Below are positions 27,701 to 36,393 of a DNA stretch of 37,267 nt, in pieces (the first letter of the stretch is position 1; every line of letters begins with the position of its first letter). Both the position numbers and the translations under genes were made by a program. Below the pieces are notes generated by a model. The model worked only from the letters and a program-made list of their open reading frames with translations. It was not told the origin of the DNA and ran no database searches. Origin of the DNA: an uncultured virus (IMG/VR IMGVR_UViG_3300043469_000509) (Duplodnaviria; Heunggongvirae; Uroviricota; Caudoviricetes; Crassvirales); the IMG/VR virus record IMGVR_UViG_3300043469_000509. The stretch is one strand, 5' to 3'.

Positions 27701-28905
27701 GTAATCAAATAGCTAAAAACTTAAATTACGATAGTTTATTTGTAGGTTTTAGAATGGGTGATGAGCATATAGATGAGCAAGTTATGTACTCTATGTTACA
27801 AAACTATGGTATAGTTGAGGGTAAATTAAAAAGATTTACTAAAGCTGATAGAGAAGCTAATAAGTTTAAAAGTTTAGCTGACTCTGCTTCTATAGACTCT
27901 GAGGGTAACTTAATCATAGAGGGCCTTATTGATGCTTCTGGAAAGACTAATGAAGAAATCTATAGAGAACTTCGTAATGTTATTTTAAATACAACTATGA
28001 GCATTAAAGGGGGTTTAAATAATGAAGATATGGCCGCTGTAAATTTAACTACTGCTGGACAAATGTTTATGACGTTTAGAAACTGGCTACCTGCTTTAGC
28101 TGAAGAAAGATTTAGAGGTATAGACAAAGCTTGGAGTAATACTCAAAGTTCTTTAAGATATAATCCTCAAATTAATACAATTACTGAAGGTAGATATACT
28201 GCTTTTATAAGTAATATGAGTACTGAAGATAAATCTATAATGAATCTTATTAGAGTAGTTAGTATAAATACGTTTAAGCTAACAGCAGATGTTGTTACAT
28301 TTGGAGGTTTTTTTGGTAAGGTGAATGCTCTAACTTATAAAGTTAATGAAGATAGAGCTAGACAACAATATGAAACTTTCTTAACTAATAATAAAGAGTT
28401 ACCAGCTGTTAAGAATGGTAGTTTAACTTTTGAAGACTTTTTAGATTATAAGAAAGGGCAGATAAAAGCTTTATCAGTTGAAATACAATACATGCTATCT
28501 ATTGTATTATTACTTATGGCTATGAGTGGAGGATTTGATGATGACGATAAAGATAAGTTTTATAAAAAAAACCTAGCAACGCGTACATTGTACAGAGTTC
28601 TTAATAGGTATCGTAGAGAGCTTATGGGAATAGTAAATCCTTTTGACTGGATAAGTTTGTTTAGAAATCCTGTACCTTTGATGAGTTTAGGTAATGAAGT
28701 TTTAACAACTTTAAACAATACTTTAGATGAGGGTATGGATATCGTTACAGGAGAAGCAGAGGATAGAAGTTTAATAAAACCTTTAGGTAAAAAGAATATC
28801 AAAGATAGAACAGAAAGATTTTCAAAAACTTTTGGATGGATTCCTGGATATAAAGCTTTTAAATGGTTAGAGATATTTGAAGAAGATAAAAAAAGTAAAT
28901 ACTAA
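24739..28905 (+). CDS. Large virion cargo protein with N-terminal PD-(D/E)xK nuclease-like domain
   Basis: 1388 aa. GTKVH (25099-25113) ... E ... GTTDL (D 25387) ... FDYKT (25426-25440). Hydrophobic helix IQYMLSIVLLLMAMSGG near the C-terminus. Confidence 0.7.
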   Translation: MSCKIDPKEFPIGTVRDLVNSKKLSTFKASSEDTFESINNKVKIFQNIVTSELVDNTKLVKGYHLDPSGKTSRYVWVDNKNLAFAGRVTDANSARFKRRKGFKAAAELSNLPDNERKRMLGTKVHKALQDLTYYYMKLKPAMLANDLSTIPDVKLSDIQSELGLTDSEFAGLQSGFLEIFKLIKDTQTKIDPNGKVSINPESFIPDVLTAAKGGTTDLFVLYSDKTGSLFDYKTMSGMVGQDGKLADASWIPDYKMEEFNLQLPTLVEMYKNIGVKEFRHVRVVPILIKLKNKAKNDTTKVKGNTLTDTIQMIKMGKEADKYLSHIPITIEDTGNKSLNKSINEALKLRHNLTKRLGKYSDDSAEYISLMSRIRNLTASINSIMLDKDIRSTFKQYRSIVDRYLADNNVLREGTLLKDSPLFLTNQKIEALLADIDIFESIAASTPEFIDSLKVDDEEVNKEKYLNTLTILVGRTSMLRKALQERLITLNLSTDEVQAMLNDKNLTFFDRYLRRFSNIQNTIFQKVRNLIDTANNRSRLSLQEFTSQLKKIDGRVQTWGESKGLSGFKVYEVFINKQTGNLHTKFKKELYEKLKLARKERDFKTLNKYVKLKDDASVTYQNKRQEYIIKHSLVGDALTTDTDFLAWERANNPELSTSEVKYANYWYLYYDINESAIEDELYNADFLTIKNTPELLEYYKFWTSNMEKFRKYLDLSGDRLPKQFVPWIKASIVEQYLANNISFSMESFKNLLGLNENNDLTFSDSYQEIRTEIDVDTGKPKLEIPKYFINPLVNNQGEVDNTLKSFDLSSSLTIFAGMAFNYNNLKETENTVEALKEILAIKGVVQTTADGDIVSLAGQPEREKSKRSKEYELLETLTNFHLYGAFYKEAPGKAMTALLKLKKYQQLKELALSPIASAVNLMGARSNAAFEGVKGYFYTREMWVKSLQDRFKDKEKYFALAHFLQPYQGKNVKDLAKNVSIHKGITSKGNQIAKNLNYDSLFVGFRMGDEHIDEQVMYSMLQNYGIVEGKLKRFTKADREANKFKSLADSASIDSEGNLIIEGLIDASGKTNEEIYRELRNVILNTTMSIKGGLNNEDMAAVNLTTAGQMFMTFRNWLPALAEERFRGIDKAWSNTQSSLRYNPQINTITEGRYTAFISNMSTEDKSIMNLIRVVSINTFKLTADVVTFGGFFGKVNALTYKVNEDRARQQYETFLTNNKELPAVKNGSLTFEDFLDYKKGQIKALSVEIQYMLSIVLLLMAMSGGFDDDDKDKFYKKNLATRTLYRVLNRYRRELMGIVNPFDWISLFRNPVPLMSLGNEVLTTLNNTLDEGMDIVTGEAEDRSLIKPLGKKNIKDRTERFSKTFGWIPGYKAFKWLEIFEEDKKSKY

Positions 28906-28913
28906 ATAGAAAT

Positions 28914-28946
28914 AAAAAGGAGAGGCTGTTAGACCTCTCCTTTTTT
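28914..28946. terminator. Bidirectional intrinsic terminator between convergent gene blocks
   Basis: AAAAA-GGAGAGG-ctgttaga-CCTCTCC-TTTTTT, giving U-tracts on both strands. Lies between the stop at 28905 (+) and the stop at 28949 (-). Confidence 0.9.
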
Positions 28947-28948
28947 AT

Positions 28949-29188
28949 TTACTTAATAGCTTCTTTAATAGCTTTCTTAGCTTTATTAATACTTGCAAAA
29001 CTACCTAAATAAACTCTCTCACCGTTTAAAGTAGGACGAGCCATATAAGTAGGATTAGCAATATTCTTATTACTTACATATACTCCTTTAGGTAATACAT
29101 CTCCTGTACTAGTAACACGTTTACCTTTAATAGTTTTAGTAGTTACACATTTAACTTTACCTTTTGTTGTTTTAGTCTTTCCTTTCAT
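28949..29188 (-). CDS. Small basic AP2-like DNA-binding domain protein
   Basis: LPKGVYV...YMAR..LNGERVYLGSF.S...A..A resembles the AP2 domain of phage HNH-AP2 proteins. No HNH motif present. Confidence 0.6.
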   Translation of the reverse strand: MKGKTKTTKGKVKCVTTKTIKGKRVTSTGDVLPKGVYVSNKNIANPTYMARPTLNGERVYLGSFASINKAKKAIKEAIK

Positions 29189-29221
29189 TATTATTTAATT
29201 AAAATTTATTAATATTTTTAT

Positions 29222-29881
29222 TTATTTGTCATACTCATATTCTAAAATCTTACCTACTAAGTCACTTCGATGGTTAGCTTTTAATTTAATCCATTTAATA
29301 CCAGGTATTTGTTTTGATAATTCAATAACATAGCTCAGACCATTATAATCATCTTTAATGTCTTTTTGCTCGTTATCCCCATTAATAACAATCTTACCTG
29401 TTTTACCTAATCTAGTTAGAATAGCAAGCATTTCAGCTTTAGTAGTATTTTGACTTTCTTCTAAAATTAGAATATCATCAATAGTTTTACCTCTAATAAA
29501 TTGAATAGGTAAAGCTTTAATTTTACCTGATTCTATTAGATTTTCTACTTCCGCCTTATTAGTACAGCATTTATTTAAGTTCTCTATAAAAGCTTCCATA
29601 TAAGGGTCAAACTTTTCATCTAAAGCACCAGGAAGAAATCCTAGTGATTTACCTACTTCAATAGCTGCTCTTGTATTCCAAATACAATTTACCTGCTTCT
29701 TCTTAAGGAAGTCTAAAGCTGCTTGAGCGCAGACTAAACTTTTACCACTACCAGCCCTACCTGTAACCACTACAATTTGATTTGCGATGATAAGACTTTT
29801 AGCATGTTTCTGCTCATCATTTAACTGGATAGCATTGATCACCTTAATCTCTCCTTTTCTCTGTCTATTAGGTTCTTTCAT
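29222..29881 (-). CDS. phoH: PhoH-family ATPase
   Basis: GRAGSGKS Walker A, LGFLPG.L.EKFDPY, FIRGKT, ILEESQN, LTRLG, GDNEQKD and HRS motifs. Confidence 0.93.
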   Translation of the reverse strand: MKEPNRQRKGEIKVINAIQLNDEQKHAKSLIIANQIVVVTGRAGSGKSLVCAQAALDFLKKKQVNCIWNTRAAIEVGKSLGFLPGALDEKFDPYMEAFIENLNKCCTNKAEVENLIESGKIKALPIQFIRGKTIDDILILEESQNTTKAEMLAILTRLGKTGKIVINGDNEQKDIKDDYNGLSYVIELSKQIPGIKWIKLKANHRSDLVGKILEYEYDK

Positions 29882-29888
29882 ATTATAA

Positions 29889-31799
29889 TTATTTTATTTC
29901 ACAACCAGATGCTCCACAAGCTATTTCATCAACTAATGTGGTATTATCATCTTCTTCAATAACTTTAGTAAGGTCAATAGAATGAATATGTTTAACTAAT
30001 TCTTCATACTTCTCTTTAGTTATATCTTCAAAAGGAGCTTGAATATAGCTACCGCCATCATAAGGTAAAACACTTAACCCATTAAAATAATCTCTATTAT
30101 TCCACATCCACTCTCCTACTACTTGCCATTCATCTAATTTTTTCCATCCTGTAAATTCATCAGTATAAAATCTATTTTTATCAATAGATATAGTAGCAGA
30201 TATGTTATGAGTATTTTCACCAGCATTATGTCCAGGTTTAACCCAAGTTTCATTTAGAAATTTAACTTTTTCAAGTAACTCTAATGCTGTTTCTTTGTTT
30301 CTAATAGTAGCTCCTTCAGGTGCTTTAATAGGTATTTCTACTACAGCACTATTAGCAATCATCTTATAGTCTTGTATAATCTCAGGATGATTAGCACTTA
30401 GATACTCATAGATAGCCTCAGATTTATTCATCTGCATTCTTCTAATATAGTAATTATTATGCCAAGCATGGATACCTGAACTTACACCTAACACTAAACT
30501 AGTAGTACCAGATGGTTTAATACAAGTTGTTCTAGCTGCAGGATTAATACCTAGGTAATTAGCTAAGCGTTTATTAGTATCAATAACAACTTCTGTAGCT
30601 TCTTTAGGGTCATACTTAAATATTTCATTAGAAGCAATACCTGTCATTCCTATACCTATTAGAGCATCTTTCTCAGTAGTCTTCTTCCAAATAGGTCTTA
30701 GATAATGGAAGTCAGTAAATCCTGCTTGTAATGTACCAAAGAATGAAGCAGCTTCTGCTCTTTGATTATAGTCTTCTTGCGACTCTAAATTTGATACATT
30801 AATCTCAGATAAGTTACAGAACTGATAAGGTCTTAGTGCTATTTCACAACAAGGGTTAGTACCCCAATCTGGATTGTTAGTAAAGTAAATACCTGGTTCC
30901 CCACTATTAGATAGCTCAATCTTCTTCCACAAGTCTAAGAAAAACTCTTTAGATATCTTATGTCTTACTAAGACAGCAGAGTTATTAGCCCTACCTCTTT
31001 GAGGGTTTTCTTCCCACCAATTACCAAACTTACAGGTAAGCATAGCTTCATCATCTGCATTGAATAAGCAAATTAATGCTGCTCTACGAATACCTCCTGC
31101 TAGTACTGAATCAGCTAAGTGACATACAACATCATGTACTTCTAGTGAGGTTAACTTCTCACCATTACTCTTTCTATCAAGAATCCTCTCTATTTCAAAT
31201 AAACACCTCATAAGTGGTTCAGGTCCTGGAGCTTTACCACCAGCTGTAACAAGTCTTTGTCCTTTAGGCCTAATATCACTAAAATCAAATTTAGGTTTAG
31301 TAGTCCTAAGTCCAAAATAACTAGCCATAAGATGTCTTACAGCATCAGCCCAACCTTCAATACTATCACCTACAAGATACTTTTGTTCTTTAGTAGGTTT
31401 ATGTATTTCAGGTAACTTATCAACATGGTTATTCTGAACAGAATAGCCTACACCTGTACCTCCTAATAGTAGGAACATAATTTCACTAAAACTTCTATAG
31501 TCATCTATAGGTAAATAACAGCAGTTATAAATTCTAGCTTCATTCTTTTCAATAGCAGCACCAGAGAATTGCATAGCTCTCATACTAGGCAACACCTTTT
31601 TTTCATATATAAACTTTGACTGGTAAATAATATCTTCTTGTAACTTAGGATATTTCTTAAGCATCATATTTATATACCTATCTACTACTTCACTATAGGC
31701 TTCTCTTCTCTTTAAAATTGGATTATACTTTGCGTACTTGTTAAAAACTACTAAGTCGCTTAACACTTGAATTGATGTTTCTGTTTTGTTTTCTATCAT
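29889..31799 (-). CDS. nrdJ: Class II (adenosylcobalamin-dependent) ribonucleotide reductase
   Basis: PSMR, YNCC, GGTGVG, GIRRAA, RANNS, TNPCCEI, CNLSE, KPSGT and a C-terminal CGASGCEI cysteine pair. No small-subunit gene adjacent. Confidence 0.9.
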   Translation of the reverse strand: MIENKTETSIQVLSDLVVFNKYAKYNPILKRREAYSEVVDRYINMMLKKYPKLQEDIIYQSKFIYEKKVLPSMRAMQFSGAAIEKNEARIYNCCYLPIDDYRSFSEIMFLLLGGTGVGYSVQNNHVDKLPEIHKPTKEQKYLVGDSIEGWADAVRHLMASYFGLRTTKPKFDFSDIRPKGQRLVTAGGKAPGPEPLMRCLFEIERILDRKSNGEKLTSLEVHDVVCHLADSVLAGGIRRAALICLFNADDEAMLTCKFGNWWEENPQRGRANNSAVLVRHKISKEFFLDLWKKIELSNSGEPGIYFTNNPDWGTNPCCEIALRPYQFCNLSEINVSNLESQEDYNQRAEAASFFGTLQAGFTDFHYLRPIWKKTTEKDALIGIGMTGIASNEIFKYDPKEATEVVIDTNKRLANYLGINPAARTTCIKPSGTTSLVLGVSSGIHAWHNNYYIRRMQMNKSEAIYEYLSANHPEIIQDYKMIANSAVVEIPIKAPEGATIRNKETALELLEKVKFLNETWVKPGHNAGENTHNISATISIDKNRFYTDEFTGWKKLDEWQVVGEWMWNNRDYFNGLSVLPYDGGSYIQAPFEDITKEKYEELVKHIHSIDLTKVIEEDDNTTLVDEIACGASGCEIK

Positions 31800-31824
31800 A
31801 TATATTATTTATCTACCACACATT

Positions 31825-31864
31825 ATTGAATGGGAGGACATACAATATATCCTCCCTAATCAAT
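31825..31864 (-). promoter_or_regulatory. RNA hairpin in the nrdJ leader
   Basis: On the - strand GGGAGGAUAUA-UUG-UAUGUCCUCCC forms 11 bp with one U-G pair, extended by AUUGA/UCAAU. No U-tract follows. Confidence 0.5.
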
Positions 31865-31900
31865 TTTTACAACTTTCTCTTATAATACATAAGATACTAC

Positions 31901-32674
31901 TTAGTTATTTTTACTATCTTTCTTAATAGCTACAGAATGATACTTACCACAAGTTTTGCATTGATATTGCTGAGTCTGTCTTCCAGCAATACTAATTCTT
32001 ATCTTATGTTTAACTATATTTGGAGAGCCACACTCCACACAGTTAATACCATTACCTTCTACTCTAATAGTTTTAGTAACTTTATTCTTTAAATAAGGAT
32101 TTAGTTTATTGAAAACTTCTTCTAAGACTTCAACATCTTGCTTACAATATGCTACCATTTTGTTTAAAGCTTGTTTGTTGTGTCTTAAAACAACGTCATC
32201 CCATAATTCTAATCCTCCAGTTTCCATCTTACCTTCAGAACCTAAGAATTTACTAATATAATCTAACTTGTTAGAGTTAAATAAGAATAGTTTCTTAGCT
32301 TCTTTTAAGGTGTCAATAGATTGAATAAAAGGAGTTAATGCTACTCCGTGATATAAGCATCTAGTTCTCAACCACTTGGTATCGAATCTATCTGAATTAT
32401 GCCCTATCACTTCGTCAGCTGAATTTAAAATCTCAGCAAACTTTGCTACTAACTCACTATCATCTCCCTTATTCCAAGCTAAATACTTAACTTGGCTATC
32501 TCCATCCCACTTGTAAGCTACACAAATAATTGCACGTTCTTGAATAATATCTTTATCAGTTAACCTAACTTCATAACCTATTCTCCAAGATTTAACTATA
32601 TTATAAGATGTCTCAATATCATAAAATAGTCTTTTAAACTTTTTAACTCCTTCTTTCTTTACTTTACTGCTCAT
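31901..32674 (-). CDS. DnaQ/RNase H-like 3'-5' exonuclease with C-terminal zinc ribbon
   Basis: YDIET (Exo I), GHNSDRFD (Exo II), YCKQDV (Exo III), plus CVEC...CKTC. Confidence 0.85.
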   Translation of the reverse strand: MSSKVKKEGVKKFKRLFYDIETSYNIVKSWRIGYEVRLTDKDIIQERAIICVAYKWDGDSQVKYLAWNKGDDSELVAKFAEILNSADEVIGHNSDRFDTKWLRTRCLYHGVALTPFIQSIDTLKEAKKLFLFNSNKLDYISKFLGSEGKMETGGLELWDDVVLRHNKQALNKMVAYCKQDVEVLEEVFNKLNPYLKNKVTKTIRVEGNGINCVECGSPNIVKHKIRISIAGRQTQQYQCKTCGKYHSVAIKKDSKNN

Positions 32675-32903
32675 TCTTTAGGTATTTGTTTATAACCAGT
32701 TTAGCTTCTTTTTCTGATTCTGAATCTTCTGAAATCAAAAAGTGTCTAACTGTATTAAATTCTTCTTCTGATAATTGAGGTACTAAAACATCTAACTGAT
32801 CTACAGTTATTCCTAACCCACTAGCAGTTAAATGTTTCATAGTAAACTCAAAATTATTACCATCAGAACTAGGCTCCGCTGCTTCCAAATCCGCCATTTC
32901 CAC
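32664..32903 (-). CDS. Hypothetical protein (start uncertain, alternative ATG at 32840)
   Basis: Fills the gap between the dUTPase and exonuclease genes on the same strand. Confidence 0.5.
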   Translation of the reverse strand: MEMADLEAAEPSSDGNNFEFTMKHLTASGLGITVDQLDVLVPQLSEEEFNTVRHFLISEDSESEKEAKLVINKYLKNEQ

Positions 32904-33357
32904 GTTGTGTTATAGGAAGTTCTGAAACTTCACTAAAATTAATAGTTGGTATTGGTAATATAACAAGCTGGCCAATTCTTTCACCTACATCATACAACTT
33001 AGGTGAAGTTTTGTATTTAAAGCGTAGTTTAATCTCACCTGTATAACTAGGGTCAATTACTCCTACCGCATTAGCAAGAAATAAATCTTTCTTAGATACA
33101 CTGCTTCTAGGAAATATAAAACCTCCATAACCTTCAGGTATCTTCATAGCTAATCCAGTACCATATTCATAATAGGCAGCTTCTTCAATAGTAGCTGGTA
33201 CATGATTAACTGAAGTTGCAGTTAAGTCTGCTCCTACATCTCCTATATTAGCGTAAGTTGGAATTACAGCCTTCTCATCTAACTTCTTAAATTGTACAAA
33301 TACATTTGGTTTAACCATGTCTTCTGCGTAAACTACTTGTTCTGCTTCTTTAGTCAT
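32869..33357 (-). CDS. dut: Trimeric dUTPase
   Basis: GADL, PRSS, GVIDPSYTGEI, RIGQLV and RGNGGFGSSG motifs. Confidence 0.95.
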   Translation of the reverse strand: MTKEAEQVVYAEDMVKPNVFVQFKKLDEKAVIPTYANIGDVGADLTATSVNHVPATIEEAAYYEYGTGLAMKIPEGYGGFIFPRSSVSKKDLFLANAVGVIDPSYTGEIKLRFKYKTSPKLYDVGERIGQLVILPIPTINFSEVSELPITQRGNGGFGSSGA

Positions 33358-33721
33358 TGAATTCTAATTTTAATTGTTGTTGTTTGTAAATATCATTTCT
33401 ATCATCATCTCCTCTGTTAAGATGTATGTTCTCTCTAAGCATCATTAAACTAGCTATTGCGTGGTCTATGTGATTATGTGTTGACTCATCAATATCTTCG
33501 CCTATCATCCAAGCATTAAGATGTCTTTGAGCTGCATCATAATAACGTAACCAGTTAGTACCATGTGAATAATTAAACTTAGAATACTTGTTAGCCCCAT
33601 AGTTAAATACTTTAGCTACACTCATTAAAGATAGCTGAGGTACATCACTCATACAGGGTTTACCCTCATCAAATTTAATAGTTTCCCTTACTTTCATTGT
33701 CTTCTTTTCTAAAATACTCAT
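33350..33721 (-). CDS. dATP/dGTP diphosphohydrolase-domain protein (DUF5664-like); start probably 33697
   Basis: KFDEGK, VAKVFNYGANKY..NY..G, YYDAAQRHL..W..GEDID.E...H..HA motifs. Confidence 0.8.
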   Translation of the reverse strand: MSILEKKTMKVRETIKFDEGKPCMSDVPQLSLMSVAKVFNYGANKYSKFNYSHGTNWLRYYDAAQRHLNAWMIGEDIDESTHNHIDHAIASLMMLRENIHLNRGDDDRNDIYKQQQLKLEFND

Positions 33722-34268
33722 CTCTATACCTTTCTATGTCCATATTAGGAACTGAAGCCACTTCAGCATCCTTATCTATTGTAACCCCTAAAGCTTCACT
33801 TAAATGTTTTCTTGCTTCCTTTGTAGGATATAAACAAGCTTTAGTTCTACTAAAAAGAGTTTTAGTTTTATCGTATCTTAATAAGATACTCAATAAATTC
33901 TCTTTAAAGTCTTCACTCATTTGTGAATACTTACCGTTAACAAATTTATTAAAATCATTTAAATATTGCATAGGTACATACATTTTAACAATACACCAAT
34001 CTTCAGATGTTTTGTATCCAATAAAGTACTCATCTATACTTAAAGTTTCTAATATTTTATTAAATTTGGTTTGGTCTAAAATAGGTTTTTTAAATGTTAA
34101 ATATAAAACATCTTTTTGAGCATCTCCTCCAATATAACAATTATGAAAATTCTCTCCATAAAAATCAAATGAATATCCTAACATACTTCTTACAAAGATA
34201 TTTGATTTAGTAACTTTAGTTACATCAAAATTATCTTCTTTACTAGTTTTCTCTATCTCCTCTATCAT
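33675..34268 (-). CDS. Hypothetical protein
   Basis: 197-aa ORF in the co-oriented, tightly packed block. Contains F..GKYS.MS..FK. Confidence 0.7.
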   Translation of the reverse strand: MIEEIEKTSKEDNFDVTKVTKSNIFVRSMLGYSFDFYGENFHNCYIGGDAQKDVLYLTFKKPILDQTKFNKILETLSIDEYFIGYKTSEDWCIVKMYVPMQYLNDFNKFVNGKYSQMSEDFKENLLSILLRYDKTKTLFSRTKACLYPTKEARKHLSEALGVTIDKDAEVASVPNMDIERYRDEYFRKEDNESKGNY

Positions 34269-34297
34269 CTATCTCCTCTTACTAGTTATTATTATTA

Positions 34298-35179
34298 TTA
34301 TTGTAGATTTAGATTAGCTTCTAAATCTAACTTATCTTCTACTAAACTTGTTTGAAAGAATAGCCCTGAATTACCTAATCCTAATAACTTAATAAGCTTA
34401 TAGTTTTTAGTAAACTCTTCTATACCTTGGTATTCACCAAATTTATCAATGTAATTAGATAGTATTTCATTTCTAAATACATCAATATGAGTTTCAGCAC
34501 CTTCTGTATAAGAGCATTCATCTTTTAACTGTTCAGCAAATGCACTACCTTTACCTGGAATTCCTTTAATATTATCTATAGAATCACCTGTTATTACTTG
34601 TGTCCACAAGTTTAACTGAGCGGTATCTTCACTAATATCATAAAATTCTAGCTTCTTGTAGTTAAAATGATTACCTGGAATCTGATCTAAGTCTTTATCT
34701 GTATGAACAATTAGGACATTCTGCCCCAATTGTTGACTACACATATTAACTAAATCATCTGCCTCATAACCATCTACTCTACAGAAACCTAAGGTTTCAA
34801 TAGCATAAGCTGTTAATTCTTTCAAAAATCTAGGTTTTTCTAACTTCTTTCGATTAGCTTTGTATTCTGGGTAAAAACTATAACGATGAGAACCTGCTGT
34901 TAAGAAAGCTACATATTGAATACAACCTGAGTCCATAAGAATCTTTAAGAAGTAGTTATTAAATTCTTCAATAACATCATTTAAAGACCTTTCAGCTTGT
35001 GCTCCAAAATGAGCTATCTGATAATCATCTTGTTTCTTATCTACACAGATAGCAAATAAAATACTATCTGCATCAATTATAGCTGTTTTAAGCCCATTAT
35101 CTTGCATTATCTTAGTATTACTTATAAAGTCTACTAAAGTTCCTCTAATCGAAGGATTAGGCGCTAATTTACTCAGCAT
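34298..35179 (-). CDS. 5'-3' exonuclease / flap endonuclease (Pol I N-terminal, phage RNase H-like); start possibly 35107
   Basis: IIDADS, YPEYKANR, YEADD, DKDLDQIPG and GDSIDNIKGIPGKG motifs. Confidence 0.9.
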   Translation of the reverse strand: MLSKLAPNPSIRGTLVDFISNTKIMQDNGLKTAIIDADSILFAICVDKKQDDYQIAHFGAQAERSLNDVIEEFNNYFLKILMDSGCIQYVAFLTAGSHRYSFYPEYKANRKKLEKPRFLKELTAYAIETLGFCRVDGYEADDLVNMCSQQLGQNVLIVHTDKDLDQIPGNHFNYKKLEFYDISEDTAQLNLWTQVITGDSIDNIKGIPGKGSAFAEQLKDECSYTEGAETHIDVFRNEILSNYIDKFGEYQGIEEFTKNYKLIKLLGLGNSGLFFQTSLVEDKLDLEANLNLQ

Positions 35180-35528
35180 AATCTTCTTCTAATAAGCTAA
35201 CATCTTCTTGATGCATTACTGCTAACCATTGATTATACAAAACTTTGTAGGGCTCATTTAAGGTAAACATTTGATAATATCTCCAAAGCTCCTCATCCCC
35301 TTGTTCATAAGCTATTATAAACTCATCACTAGAAATAGCATCAGTAGTCAAATACTCTTCTATCATAGGGCCTAAATTGTACTTACCATTAATAGCAGCA
35401 TCATACTCATTAGACTTAGGTCCAAATTGAGCTAGAACGCCATCTATTAATTCAGTAGGGTACATATAAATAGATCCTTTATACTCTCTCTCTGTCGAAG
35501 AGCTCGTTGTCAATTGCATTTCTTGCAT
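35169..35528 (-). CDS. Hypothetical acidic protein
   Basis: 119-aa ORF in the co-oriented block. Confidence 0.6.
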   Translation of the reverse strand: MQEMQLTTSSSTEREYKGSIYMYPTELIDGVLAQFGPKSNEYDAAINGKYNLGPMIEEYLTTDAISSDEFIIAYEQGDEELWRYYQMFTLNEPYKVLYNQWLAVMHQEDVSLLEEDYAE

Positions 35529-35778
35529 ATATATTTAAATTGCTATATTGATTAATTAAATAATCGTTTAGATTTTCAACCATTTCTTCATACTCGTTGG
35601 CTATACTTTCTTTATAGATATAACAATCATTAACCTCATCATAATCAAAGATTAATTCGGGGTCTTTGTATTTATCTTTTATAAGTACATCAGCTAAATC
35701 TGAAGCTAAAGTAAAACTATCTAAACTAATTTGTGTATTTTTAATTTGTTTTTCAGCTGTCTTACTCATTTGTATCAT
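35479..35778 (-). CDS. Hypothetical acidic protein
   Basis: 99-aa ORF in the co-oriented block. Confidence 0.6.
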   Translation of the reverse strand: MIQMSKTAEKQIKNTQISLDSFTLASDLADVLIKDKYKDPELIFDYDEVNDCYIYKESIANEYEEMVENLNDYLINQYSNLNIYARNAIDNELFDRERV

Positions 35779-36358
35779 TTATAGTATATATTGTAATAAT
35801 TAATTGCCTTCTACCATCTTCAGTAGGTATAAATCTTGTAGGTATCTCTTGAATAAACTCAGATGAATCATCTGCACCTACGATTAGTTTTAAACAGTCT
35901 AATAACACCTTACGGTATATTAAAGCTAGATTATCTATATCCCAGTTATTCTTATCAATACTTTTAACAAAAGTCATATCTACCCCAATTGGAAACAACT
36001 TAGGATCTATTTTTTGTAAATCGTTTAATTCATTAAGAAAGTACAATTTAACTTCTCTAGCAATTTTAGTTCTTAGATGAAAAGGTAACCCAACCCAAAT
36101 ATCTTGCCCAGAAATCTTTTTGAGTTTAGGAGTTCCTACACTTCTAACATTCTTAATTACTTTCTCACTACTTTCTTTATTAATTAATATACCTTCTTTG
36201 TTAAATCCGTAATCTTCTTTCTTATACTTCTTAGGTATAGGGACTCCTCGTTTATAAAAAATAGGTCTTCTCTTGTTGCTAAGTGTAATATATTCTAAAT
36301 AGTTATCTAAAACTTTTTGATATATTATACTTTTATCATCTATTTGGTAACCTCTCAT
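35762..36358 (-). CDS. RusA-like Holliday junction resolvase
   Basis: WDIDNL...K..LD.L.....DD pattern matching the RusA catalytic acidic residues. Confidence 0.65.
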   Translation of the reverse strand: MRGYQIDDKSIIYQKVLDNYLEYITLSNKRRPIFYKRGVPIPKKYKKEDYGFNKEGILINKESSEKVIKNVRSVGTPKLKKISGQDIWVGLPFHLRTKIAREVKLYFLNELNDLQKIDPKLFPIGVDMTFVKSIDKNNWDIDNLALIYRKVLLDCLKLIVGADDSSEFIQEIPTRFIPTEDGRRQLIITIYTINDTNE

Positions 36359-36393
36359 ATATCTTCCTCATACTTTAATTAAGGATTATTGTA

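Noticed and set aside
882..28802. Short - strand ORFs (60-84 aa) inside the large + strand genes
   Set aside because: Antisense shadows of long coding genes with no recognisable motifs.
33697..34119. 140-aa + strand ORF
   Set aside because: Entirely antisense to the 197-aa gene within a uniformly - strand block, with L/S/K-rich shadow composition.
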